This document shows positions 47,805 to 55,873 of a stretch of 64,000 nucleotides of DNA, in pieces. The notes beneath the pieces are model-generated. The model worked only from the letters and a program-made list of their open reading frames with translations, was not told where the DNA came from and ran no database searches. The stretch spans positions 63,399-127,398 of IMG/VR virus record IMGVR_UViG_3300023179_000029. One strand, 5' to 3'. This DNA comes from a virus. Made by a program: the position numbers and the translations under genes. How positions within the stretch are numbered: position 1 is the stretch's first letter; each line of letters starts with the position of its first letter.

Positions 47805-47829
47805 AATAACTCCTTTGGTTGATGCAATC

Positions 47830-47863
47830 ACCTTAGCAGGCTATTAGTAAAGAGATCGCAAAG
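47830..47863 (-). promoter_or_regulatory. Direct-repeat promoter 11
   Basis: TTTGCG-N5-TTTACT-N10-TAAGGT. Confidence 0.75.
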
Positions 47864-47996
47864 CCTGCTTACTGCTCTTTCGATCCTTCTTATTCTTTTG
47901 TTTCTTTGAAGGATCATGGCTGCCTGCACTGTTCCTCATGTGAGCAGCGACGGCGACCAAGTTTCTAGTTTTGGGTTGAGTGATCTTTTTCATCAT
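47844..47996 (-). CDS. Small basic 50-aa protein (leaderless)
   Basis: MMKKITQPKTRNLVAVAAHMRNSAGSHDPSKK...; RNxVA...AGxH motif seen in small phage proteins. Confidence 0.6.
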   Translation of the reverse strand: MMKKITQPKTRNLVAVAAHMRNSAGSHDPSKKQKNKKDRKSSKQALRSLY

Positions 47997-48001
47997 TAGT
48001 T

Positions 48002-48035
48002 ACGTTAGCAGGTGGATGGTAAAGAGAGTGTAAAA
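48002..48035 (-). promoter_or_regulatory. Direct-repeat promoter 12
   Basis: TTTACA-N5-TTTACC-N10-TAACGT. Confidence 0.8.
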
Positions 48036-48113
48036 CATCCTACTAGTAGATTTGTCAGCTTCCTACTAGTAGTTTGGTCAGGTGTTTGTCTGGTCCGTCC
48101 CGCCCACCCTGTC

Positions 48114-48147
48114 ATTGTAGCGCAAAGCGGGTAAAGAAAGAGTAAAG
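48114..48147 (-). promoter_or_regulatory. Direct-repeat promoter 13 (no ORF directly downstream)
   Basis: TTTACT-N5-TTTACC-N10-TACAAT. Confidence 0.8.
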
Positions 48148-48457
48148 GCCGGGGCTTTCGCCCCGGCCCTCCCTTCGCATATGCTGGCTAATTTTTACAT
48201 CAGTTAGGCTTGCCTATTTTCCTAACCCAGATGGGACAAACGCTACTTTGTTATCCGAAACATGACTGCCGTAAGGTGGATCAGTCTACCGCACACGCAC
48301 CTATCTTAGCGTTGCGAACCTATAAGGACTGTTTAGCGAGATTTAGTCCACTCTCGGTAGCTCTCTGATAAGGCTAGCATAATCTATTATTTACCCTATA
48401 AAGGGAACGGATTACATTATCTAGCTACTTGGTTGTTGTTGCGCGCTTCATCAACAG
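48145..48457 (-). ncRNA. Candidate structured ncRNA (~310 nt)
   Basis: Bounded by promoter 14 and GAAA-loop hairpin; no ORF; multiple helices and potential pseudoknots. Confidence 0.6.
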
Positions 48458-48462
48458 GAACT

Positions 48463-48496
48463 ACTATAGCAGTCCAAGAGTAAAGACTAGGTAAAA
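48463..48496 (-). promoter_or_regulatory. Direct-repeat promoter 14
   Basis: TTTACC-N5-TTTACT-N10-TATAGT. Confidence 0.8.
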
Positions 48497-48539
48497 CATC
48501 TAATGTGTATTACCTCTGTCCCACCCGCCATACCCTACA

Positions 48540-48568
48540 AGTGTATCAACAAAATAATCGCTTGTCAA
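48540..48568 (-). promoter_or_regulatory. Consensus sigma70 promoter
   Basis: TTGACA-N17-TACACT with TG extension. Confidence 0.7.
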
Positions 48569-49147
48569 GTATCAAATAATCATAATACTTTTTATAGTAT
48601 ATTTCACTAGGGAAATTTCAATACTTTTCCCTGTAAATAAAGGCTTTTTATTTTTTGACAAATGAGGTATATTTATCAGAATATAATACAATAAATTGAT
48701 TGTATCATATATTTTTCATTTGTCAAGGGCAAATATTACTTTATTTATGCCTTAGCTGCGCAGAATACCATCACGGCACCTGTAACTACAAATAATACGG
48801 TCATAATACCTTTCAGATTGAATATTTTACTTATAGTAACGAATATATTACTTTCACCTATTATATACGCGCACGAGGGAGGGAGGCTGTTGAGGGGGGT
48901 GGATAGGTTGATCACACATAAAATGAATATGTGTCAGTCTCTTGGATCCCACAAATAAATGAATAAGTAGGATGCTGCCCCTACTGCTGCCCCCACGCAT
49001 ATCTTATTTATTAGATCAGGGGGAGCGATTGCCATAAATGTTATTCCTATGAGAATAGCTGAGACTATTCTTTTCTTTAGTATTGTTGTCATGTTTATTC
49101 TTTTATGTTATTCATTGTATTGTTATCTGGAGGAATGTGGGCGACTA

Positions 49148-49387
49148 TCAGTATAGCCAACTGTCGTGAGTCTTGGCATCTAGCTCGTCCCACTTTTCTT
49201 TTTCTTTTAGGTCTGTGGAATAGATTTCAAAACCAAATAGACCGACTCTCACACGAATATACTTTTCATGTGAATTAGTTGCTTGGCGGTATATGCCAAA
49301 TGAACCTTTCAGTGAACGGATGCGGCTCACCCGAAGAATCTTGATTTCTTTATTCTTTGTCTTGTATATTGTTTTATGTATTTCCAT
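49148..49387 (-). CDS. Hypothetical protein
   Basis: SD AAGGA. Confidence 0.6.
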   Translation of the reverse strand: MEIHKTIYKTKNKEIKILRVSRIRSLKGSFGIYRQATNSHEKYIRVRVGLFGFEIYSTDLKEKEKWDELDAKTHDSWLY

Positions 49388-49429
49388 TGTATTTCCTTTT
49401 ATTATTCTGGGGATGATTGTGGGCGACTA

Positions 49430-49987
49430 TTACTTTGCCCATTCGGGCGGATTGGGATTATCTTTGTAATGCTCCTGCCAATATTCTTTTCTTTGCTCTG
49501 CCCAATAATCCTTATCATTTATTTTCTTTGAATAATCAATAAATTCATCGTACCCTTCAGGAAGGCCAGCGACCACATTATTGATTTCTTGATTCCAGAG
49601 CTTATCGCGTTCATGCAAATACTTTTTCTCAAGCCATAGGTAAAGCCTGAACGCATAGTTGCTCAGGGATTTATATATCTTTCTTTTGCTCATTTTCTTT
49701 TCTTTCTTGTGAGCGACCATCTCTGTCGAAACGCCAAATACATCAGTAATATTATCTACTGAAAGCTGGTCCTTTATTTCTTTGCTCCAAGATTCTGGGA
49801 CAAGTGGGCGATTTTCTTTATTTGATTGAACAGGAAAATTGACCTCAGTAAATAATCCGTCCAATTCGTCGGGGACTGTCTCGCAGTCACGGCAAACAGG
49901 ATCAGCGTCCTCCCAGAGCATGGCAGCATCCTCAAAGAGCTTGCCGCACTTACTACAATCGAACCATTCAATAGACCTACCGCCCAT
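49430..49987 (-). CDS. Hypothetical protein with N-terminal Zn ribbon (possibly an internal start at MSKRK)
   Basis: CSKCG/CRDC. Confidence 0.55.
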   Translation of the reverse strand: MGGRSIEWFDCSKCGKLFEDAAMLWEDADPVCRDCETVPDELDGLFTEVNFPVQSNKENRPLVPESWSKEIKDQLSVDNITDVFGVSTEMVAHKKEKKMSKRKIYKSLSNYAFRLYLWLEKKYLHERDKLWNQEINNVVAGLPEGYDEFIDYSKKINDKDYWAEQRKEYWQEHYKDNPNPPEWAK

Positions 49988-50198
49988 AATTAGTTACTCC
50001 AATCTTGAATACATACTTCCACAGGTTTATTGACAAAGTATAATAAATGGGCGAAGGCGGAAGCAGCGTGGGCGCGATCCCGGTCATGCGAGTAAAACTA
50101 ATACCAAGTATCCTATGGTGAGTGTAATGATAAGTTGCCTGAACACCAAACTCTGTATTGCCAATTTTAGTTTTCTTTATCATAAAAACTCGATCCAT
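49977..50198 (-). CDS. Hypothetical protein
   Basis: ORF track; overlapping neighbours. Confidence 0.5.
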   Translation of the reverse strand: MDRVFMIKKTKIGNTEFGVQATYHYTHHRILGISFTRMTGIAPTLLPPSPIYYTLSINLWKYVFKIGVTNYGR

Positions 50199-50388
50199 AT
50201 TGTTTTTGTAGCTCGTCCCGATGCTCAGGCATATTCACATAAATATTACAAGCCTTTAGACTTGTAGCGCCATAAGAAAGACTAAGGCGGCTATCAACAC
50301 CATAAACGGGATCAAAAATAACATTATCGTCCTCGTCCACAACAATCCAACGATTGTCAGGGTATTTATTTCCTGTAACTACTCTCAT
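50167..50388 (-). CDS. Hypothetical protein
   Basis: SD GGAG. Confidence 0.6.
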   Translation of the reverse strand: MRVVTGNKYPDNRWIVVDEDDNVIFDPVYGVDSRLSLSYGATSLKACNIYVNMPEHRDELQKQYGSSFYDKEN

Positions 50389-50470
50389 TTGTTTCTCCGG
50401 TAAATTTCAGTAAGACCAATTATACATATCATACAAATAGATAACGATGCGGCCTCAAATATTTGGTTCG

Positions 50471-50698
50471 TCATTTATCTTTTGCGACAGCGACCCTAAT
50501 CCAAGAAAACGGCAGGTTAGTGTCAAGGTTGAACCACGCTGGAGAGGTGTAAGGCTCTCCGTTGTCCCTCTGATAAGTCTTAGCCCTGCCAGCGCCCCAC
50601 TCAACCGATCCTAGCCCGATCACATGATGCGTCAAAGCCCCCTCAACATGAATATTCAGGGGGCCAATCTTCATTTTCTTATCAAAATACTTGTTCAT
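50471..50698 (-). CDS. Hypothetical protein
   Basis: SD GGAG. Confidence 0.6.
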   Translation of the reverse strand: MNKYFDKKMKIGPLNIHVEGALTHHVIGLGSVEWGAGRAKTYQRDNGEPYTSPAWFNLDTNLPFSWIRVAVAKDK

Positions 50699-50849
50699 GG
50701 TTTCTCCATTATATCACATATTTGATTTTTGATTACTTTTGTTTACATCTAGCGGGCGATTCCCTTATATTTATTGGAAACCGCCCGCTCACTTCTTTTT
50801 TATCTTATGTGATCACTTCTTGTATCATGTAACATTTGTTACATGAAAG

Positions 50850-51620
50850 TTAGTACCCGCTTACAGGCTCAATAAATTCGATATGACCGTCACCGTCAGG
50901 TGCAAAAAATGCCTGAGCATCCTCGTCCCACTTCAAGTCACCGAAATAGTCTAGCAGAGGATTGTCGCCCTCTTTTTTATCCCAACGGTAGCCGTAACCG
51001 ATGTACGCTCCGTCAGCGTCAGACACATCACCCTCACGGAAATCAAGGCGCACAGGTTCGCCCTTGCGATCATCAGCAGACTGAATAATGTAACTATTCC
51101 AGTCATATGAAATAATACCGGCCTCGCCATACTCACGGAAAATCTTTGGTGCCGTGTAGCCGCCACGAACATCGCAGCCGCCATGAATTTGTAGCATGAG
51201 ATAAATCTCACCCTCATACTCAAAGTAATGACCTTGAATAGTTTGCGAGAGCAGACAATCGTAGTTGTAAGAATTGAATCCACGAAGCCAATTGGTGGGA
51301 TACTTTTCACACCACTCGTCCATCAAAGTATACCAATCAGTCTTCTGATTTTCTTCCATATTACAAAAATCATCGAACTCGGATTGAATTTCTGGCATGA
51401 ACTCGATACGCTCGCGCAAATAATGAAATAGGTCAAGGCTGATGCCGTATTCTGTAACATTTACAGCGGGCGCGTCAATAAATGACTGAACATCCCTGCC
51501 TTTATTTCTTTCCCAATTGCGGCCATACGCGCCACCAGAGTCAAGCATATGACTCCCGGTATTTTCTGTCAGCATACCGGCAAGGATCTCGTCGGTCAGG
51601 GTAATGTTTTGATTAGTCAT
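50850..51620 (-). CDS. Conserved phage hypothetical protein
   Basis: MLTENTGSHMLDSGGAYGRNW and LQIHGGCDVRGGYT motifs; SD AAGGAG. Confidence 0.75.
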   Translation of the reverse strand: MTNQNITLTDEILAGMLTENTGSHMLDSGGAYGRNWERNKGRDVQSFIDAPAVNVTEYGISLDLFHYLRERIEFMPEIQSEFDDFCNMEENQKTDWYTLMDEWCEKYPTNWLRGFNSYNYDCLLSQTIQGHYFEYEGEIYLMLQIHGGCDVRGGYTAPKIFREYGEAGIISYDWNSYIIQSADDRKGEPVRLDFREGDVSDADGAYIGYGYRWDKKEGDNPLLDYFGDLKWDEDAQAFFAPDGDGHIEFIEPVSGY

Positions 51621-51635
51621 GTTGTCTCCTTTTTA

Positions 51636-51815
51636 TTATCCTACAAATGATACCAACAGGGCGGTAGCCGCCAATGACCATACTATAGCAACCGTAACCC
51701 GGTGCCATGTATGCTTACAGAAACCGCGAGCGTAGTAACCGCCTACAGCAGCTAGACCCTCAAATCCAAGATGGAAGAAATAATCTGATAGTGTGAAATG
51801 AAATGAAAAGTGCAT
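51636..51815 (-). CDS. Small membrane protein (59 aa)
   Basis: MHFSFHFTLSDY...VAIVWSLAATALLVSFVG*. Confidence 0.5.
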   Translation of the reverse strand: MHFSFHFTLSDYFFHLGFEGLAAVGGYYARGFCKHTWHRVTVAIVWSLAATALLVSFVG

Positions 51816-51821
51816 TTCTTT

Positions 51822-52085
51822 TTACTTACTGAGAGCGTCCCAGAACTCGTCGTGATTATTTCTTGCCTGACGGAGCTTCCAATGCCACGGATTGTAAGAA
51901 TAATCACCCTCAATACCGTGGTAGTAAACGCCAACATAAAGACCGGGCTGTTCGTCCAGCCTTCTAAACAATGATCCGTCACCTTCAAACAAACCACCAA
52001 TGTAGGCGGCCTGCTCAGGCGTGATCCTGCCATCCTCAGTCGGCATATCCGCAATAGCGCGGACTACTTCTCGTTCACTAGCCAT
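51822..52085 (-). CDS. Hypothetical protein with LAGLIDADG-like motif
   Basis: AYIGGLFEGDGS; only 87 aa; SD AGGAGG. Confidence 0.6.
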   Translation of the reverse strand: MASEREVVRAIADMPTEDGRITPEQAAYIGGLFEGDGSLFRRLDEQPGLYVGVYYHGIEGDYSYNPWHWKLRQARNNHDEFWDALSK

Positions 52086-52114
52086 TTGTTTCCTCCTAGT
52101 TGATTGCTGAATAC

Positions 52115-52148
52115 AGTATAGACGATGCCGGGTAAAGAGTTGGTAAAA
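52115..52148 (-). promoter_or_regulatory. Direct-repeat promoter 15
   Basis: TTTACC-N5-TTTACC-N10-TATACT. Confidence 0.8.
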
Positions 52149-52149
52149 C

Positions 52150-52389
52150 TTAGATTGTTTTATCTATGGCCTCGTTGAAGGCCTTTGTGTATTCCTTCAT
52201 GTATTCATCATTCTTCATTCTTTCCTCATGCTTACGCTTATGTAAAGATTTGACTTCCTCCCAATGCTTCCAAGATTTATCAAATGGATTTCTTACGATA
52301 AAACAAAAGGCCTTATCGTAATCCCTATCTCCAAATTGGGTTGAAGTATACCCAATATACCAAAATCTATTATCAAACAGTTTGCGCAT
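52150..52389 (-). CDS. Hypothetical protein
   Basis: MRKLFDNRFW; SD GGAG. Confidence 0.55.
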   Translation of the reverse strand: MRKLFDNRFWYIGYTSTQFGDRDYDKAFCFIVRNPFDKSWKHWEEVKSLHKRKHEERMKNDEYMKEYTKAFNEAIDKTI

Positions 52390-52585
52390 TATTCTCCAGA
52401 ATCCAATCGCCGTAATAATCAACCTTCATCATTCTATAAGCATCTTCCAACTCTTTATTTTGCTCAATAAGATTATTTCTTGCAGAACCCTTCGGCAACT
52501 GCTCAATATGATAATCATTACGACCGACTTGACGCATGAGCAAGCTCGTAACCTTTAGATATGTTTCATTACTAAGTTTTGACAT
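52373..52585 (-). CDS. Hypothetical protein
   Basis: SD AAGGAG; coupled to upstream stop. Confidence 0.6.
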   Translation of the reverse strand: MSKLSNETYLKVTSLLMRQVGRNDYHIEQLPKGSARNNLIEQNKELEDAYRMMKVDYYGDWILENNAQTV

Positions 52586-52821
52586 CAGTTCTCCTTTGAT
52601 TCGATTGCATCAGCCCATTCTAGCACCTTCTGAGCTACTTCACGGGCCATCTTAGGCGTCATAGTCATAGCCGCGCTGCGTAGGTACTCATTGCTGTAAT
52701 CAGTCACATGCAGCCCGATTCTAGTCGCATCCTCACGGGCATAATCGGGATCATCTGACTCGCTAGTGCGACCGTAGACCTCAATCAACCCATGATTATT
52801 TTTGTATGTTATTTCTTTCAT
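52585..52821 (-). CDS. Hypothetical protein
   Basis: MKEITYKNNH...; start uncertain. Confidence 0.6.
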   Translation of the reverse strand: MKEITYKNNHGLIEVYGRTSESDDPDYAREDATRIGLHVTDYSNEYLRSAAMTMTPKMAREVAQKVLEWADAIESKEN

Positions 52822-52872
52822 AAATGAGGGTTCGTAATTTTTATTACAAAACAATATATCGCTGCAATTATT

Positions 52873-53025
52873 TTACTTATCATTAGACTTAATTTGATCA
52901 GCAATAACAGACCCAGCAAAAATACCCAACATGGTTGCGTAAGCTGTCTGAGGACTTACCCAACCCAAAATAGAAACCAAAGACAGAGCGGTTCCAATTC
53001 CTGTTCCATAAATAAAAGGCTTCAT
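52873..53025 (-). CDS. Small membrane protein (50 aa)
   Basis: MKPFIYGTGIGTALSLVSILGW...; SD AAGGAG. Confidence 0.55.
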   Translation of the reverse strand: MKPFIYGTGIGTALSLVSILGWVSPQTAYATMLGIFAGSVIADQIKSNDK

Positions 53026-53132
53026 TCGTCATCTCCTTCATCATCCTTGTTTACAGCAATCAAAACCAGAGTCAGCATCGCAACATAAAATATGGTTAGA
53101 CCTGCTGCGATTGTTGGCGCACTAATGCTCAT
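53022..53132 (-). CDS. Small membrane peptide (36 aa)
   Basis: MSISAPTIAAGLTIFYVAMLTLVLIAV + acidic tail; ATGA coupling at both ends. Confidence 0.55.
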   Translation of the reverse strand: MSISAPTIAAGLTIFYVAMLTLVLIAVNKDDEGDDE

Positions 53133-53386
53133 TTAATATCCTTTCTATTCCAAAAAACACTCTTGGAGTATTCATTCTTACAATCACGGGCTTGTACCGT
53201 TGTGTAAGTAATTTCAATATCTATTACATTGTCCTCTGCAACCATACCAATAACAATTTCGCTCTTTAGATCACGGGCGGCGCTCAGGAAATTCTCAAAC
53301 TTATACTCGCCGTAAGTTCCATCATCATTTAGAACAAATGCCGTGACAGGGAACGAACGATTATCATTATCATTAAGAATACTCAT
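53129..53386 (-). CDS. Hypothetical protein
   Basis: ORF track, ATGA coupling. Confidence 0.6.
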   Translation of the reverse strand: MSILNDNDNRSFPVTAFVLNDDGTYGEYKFENFLSAARDLKSEIVIGMVAEDNVIDIEITYTTVQARDCKNEYSKSVFWNRKDIK

Positions 53387-53601
53387 GCTTCACCATTCTT
53401 ACAATGAGCGCACCACGGGCGATCACAGTCAGCAATTCTTATTGTATTACCATTTGTGCGCAGCGGGCTAATCCACCAATCAACATCGGATTCAAGCTCC
53501 CACACGCTCAGGGCATCATCTGTGGTCGCATACGGACCATACACGGTAATTCCATTTAGAGGATCACCCACTACGACCACGACTCCGTTAGTATCAGTCA
53601 T
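53383..53601 (-). CDS. Hypothetical protein
   Basis: VVVGDPLNGITVYGPY motif; coupled. Confidence 0.6.
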   Translation of the reverse strand: MTDTNGVVVVVGDPLNGITVYGPYATTDDALSVWELESDVDWWISPLRTNGNTIRIADCDRPWCAHCKNGEA

Positions 53602-53821
53602 TTTTTATCATTCCTTCAAGTGTATCAATAATTGGCACAAAGTCAATTTTGTTTACTTGCTCCTGCGCGTTAGTCAAAAAAGTTAGCGCCTCTGTCTGTG
53701 ACAGGTGGGCTTTAGCCAACCTAATATTATCTTGTATAGTAGAAATCCTAAATTCGATCTTTTGGATTACTGTTTCAATATCATTTAGAACTTCGTTTAT
53801 TTCTTTTTGTCTTTCTGTCAA
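53594..53821 (-). CDS. Hypothetical coiled-coil protein
   Basis: SD AAGGA; TTG start. Confidence 0.55.
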   Translation of the reverse strand: MTERQKEINEVLNDIETVIQKIEFRISTIQDNIRLAKAHLSQTEALTFLTNAQEQVNKIDFVPIIDTLEGMIKND

Positions 53822-53908
53822 TTTTTTCCTTTAACTTTTCGGGTGTCCAATTTTTGTATTCAAAGAGCGCCTGAATACGCTCGTTTTCTTTTTGCTGCTT
53901 CTTGTTCA

Positions 53909-54547
53909 TTAAAGCGTCACTACATCCCTAGCGGCCCAATACGCCCGCTCAGAATCCTCTTTAGCCTTACGCTCACGGTAGCAGCCAAGTTCAAACTCAA
54001 AAGCCTCCTCAGCGGCTTCCTCAGCGTACCTGTAACCGATTAGACCGCCACAACCGTCACCCTCACCATCAGGGCAATCAATTGTGTAGTAATAAACATC
54101 ACCACTAGCCCAATCAGAATACTCGTCAATTTCTCCGTTGAGCCATTTCTTGATAGTAGCCTCGTCACGCTCTGCAATACCAAGATAATCCATGCGCTCT
54201 TCTGTAGTGAAAATAACTCCGCACAGGGAGCTATCCCATTGGCAAGTGTAAGGATTAGACTCGCCCATCGAATAACTTACGCTTGAATGGTCATACATCC
54301 ACACAGGGTAAATATGAATAGCGCCGTGATTTTCTTTCAGATAATCAATAGCCTCGTCAAGAGAATCAAAATCCTCAAACTTAAAACCCTTGACCTCTTG
54401 TGGAAGATAATAGCTGCGATGCTCTCGACAAACAAAGATGCCAAGATTGTCGTTGTCGCGGGGATCGTACATATCGCCGCTGTAATCTACATAAAGATTA
54501 CACTTAACGCCGTCCTGCTCCCAAGTCTCTACGGGATCGTTATACAT
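53909..54547 (-). CDS. Conserved acidic phage protein
   Basis: YDHS...C.WDS..CG.I...Y..W..GDVYYY motif; start MYNDPV. Confidence 0.7.
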   Translation of the reverse strand: MYNDPVETWEQDGVKCNLYVDYSGDMYDPRDNDNLGIFVCREHRSYYLPQEVKGFKFEDFDSLDEAIDYLKENHGAIHIYPVWMYDHSSVSYSMGESNPYTCQWDSSLCGVIFTTEERMDYLGIAERDEATIKKWLNGEIDEYSDWASGDVYYYTIDCPDGEGDGCGGLIGYRYAEEAAEEAFEFELGCYRERKAKEDSERAYWAARDVVTL

Positions 54548-54555
54548 AATGCCCC

Positions 54556-54780
54556 CTATGCCCTGTCCCAAGCAGGCCACTCGTTATTTTCTGCGATATC
54601 AAAAGCCTGCTCCCTGATATCTTCGTCAATGATTGGATTCCAACTATGGTCCACATCATAAACATCAGCAAAGTCAGGCAGGAAAATGTTTTCGTTTTCC
54701 TGTAGAACGCGCTCCACTTCCTTAGTCTCAGTGTCAATAAAGACCGTAGCGGGGATCAAATATGTTACTGCTACCTTCAT
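54556..54780 (-). CDS. Hypothetical acidic protein
   Basis: SD AGGAGG. Confidence 0.7.
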   Translation of the reverse strand: MKVAVTYLIPATVFIDTETKEVERVLQENENIFLPDFADVYDVDHSWNPIIDEDIREQAFDIAENNEWPAWDRA

Positions 54781-54809
54781 AACTGCCTCCTTGATTGGTT
54801 GCTGTTACC

Positions 54810-54843
54810 AGCATATCAACTACAGGGTAAAGAGAGAGTAAAA
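54810..54843 (-). promoter_or_regulatory. Direct-repeat promoter 16
   Basis: TTTACT-N5-TTTACC-N10-TATGCT. Confidence 0.8.
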
Positions 54844-55089
54844 TCAGTCCTCGTCCCACGGTGAACAATGCGTAGGCTCATTGGTAATCAAATCAGCCCG
54901 GTACTTATCTACCTCAATCTCGATATCCCGAGCAAGACGGTAAATAAATTCCTCGTATGCCTCGTCCCATTCAAGACCGGCATCATCAGCCTGAGTCTTG
55001 TAGATATCAATAAGTTCATAAAAAATGAACTCGCACTCTTCGTCTACCTTGACTTCCTTGTTATTTACAACGATAGTGCGGTCACGCAT
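54844..55089 (-). CDS. Acidic protein, YxxxAxDxG(L/I/V)EW family copy 1
   Basis: SD AGGAGG. Confidence 0.7.
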   Translation of the reverse strand: MRDRTIVVNNKEVKVDEECEFIFYELIDIYKTQADDAGLEWDEAYEEFIYRLARDIEIEVDKYRADLITNEPTHCSPWDED

Positions 55090-55118
55090 AACGCCTCCTT
55101 AGTTGAATCGTGCTACAC

Positions 55119-55152
55119 ACGGTAGCAGCCCCGTGGTAAAGGGATGGTAAAA
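55119..55152 (-). promoter_or_regulatory. Direct-repeat promoter 17
   Basis: TTTACC-N5-TTTACC-N10-TACCGT. Confidence 0.8.
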
Positions 55153-55153
55153 C

Positions 55154-55423
55154 CTAGCCTTCTAGCTTGTGAAGCTCAGTCAGGCGCTCAGTAATACTTT
55201 CAAGATCCTGTGGATCCTCCTCAATCGGATGGTACGGATCCTCGTTATCAATAATTTTTAGAATGAGCTTTTCTTCATCGGTTGCGGTATCAACAACAAA
55301 ACTCGCGGTCTTGCCCTGAATAAATACCTCACCCGGCTCATTTACCTTAGACTCGTATGGCGTGAACATATTAATATATCCTGACACCATATTGTCTACT
55401 GCTCGCTGTGTAGCCTCGTCCAT
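55154..55423 (-). CDS. Hypothetical acidic protein
   Basis: SD AAGGAG; MDEATQ. Confidence 0.65.
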   Translation of the reverse strand: MDEATQRAVDNMVSGYINMFTPYESKVNEPGEVFIQGKTASFVVDTATDEEKLILKIIDNEDPYHPIEEDPQDLESITERLTELHKLEG

Positions 55424-55433
55424 TTTTATCTCC

Positions 55434-55850
55434 TTAGAGGGCATGACGCCCGTTGTATGATCTATACAGTCTATCAAAAAGCCTAGCGGCATAAAACGCA
55501 TCGTGCCGTAGATCGCCGGTGGCGGGACCAATCAGCCCAAAATGATTCCAAGCCCGCCCTGCGCCGCTCTCAGCGACCCAGACGCCCAACAGAAGCCTCC
55601 ACGGTACCCGGTACTTGACTGCGGCCTCTAGGACAATCCCGCGATTCTTTCCGTGAGGGGCATACCTGTAATAACTATTAATTCGTCCAATGTTGTAACT
55701 TCTGCCTGTATAAGTATTTACAGGACCACTCCAATCCAAACTAACGGGCGCATTTCTTACTTTATGCTCTAAGGTTTCCTTTTTTGCTGCCTGAGCAACA
55801 GCGGGAAGCGAAGCAATCAGTGTAATAATAATAGTCAAAATACTTTTCAT
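55434..55850 (-). CDS. Secreted lysozyme-fold/lytic transglycosylase-like protein
   Basis: Signal peptide; AAVKYRVPWRLLLGVWVAES...NHFG; SD AAGGAG. Confidence 0.65.
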   Translation of the reverse strand: MKSILTIIITLIASLPAVAQAAKKETLEHKVRNAPVSLDWSGPVNTYTGRSYNIGRINSYYRYAPHGKNRGIVLEAAVKYRVPWRLLLGVWVAESGAGRAWNHFGLIGPATGDLRHDAFYAARLFDRLYRSYNGRHAL

Positions 55851-55873
55851 AATAACTCCTTGTGTAAGATTAT

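Noticed and set aside
48320-48370. Group I intron core (UCAGAGA.., GACUA/AGUCC resembling R/S elements)
   Set aside because: P3/P7-like order is present but there is no room for P4-P6 or P8, and no interrupted host gene
45590-48496. CRISPR-like array interpretation of the repeated GGTAAAG motifs
   Set aside because: Repeats are degenerate, irregularly spaced, separated by whole ORFs and have promoter geometry; no cas genes in the window
51822-52085. Functional LAGLIDADG homing endonuclease / intron
   Set aside because: Motif-like helix only; 87 aa, no intron context
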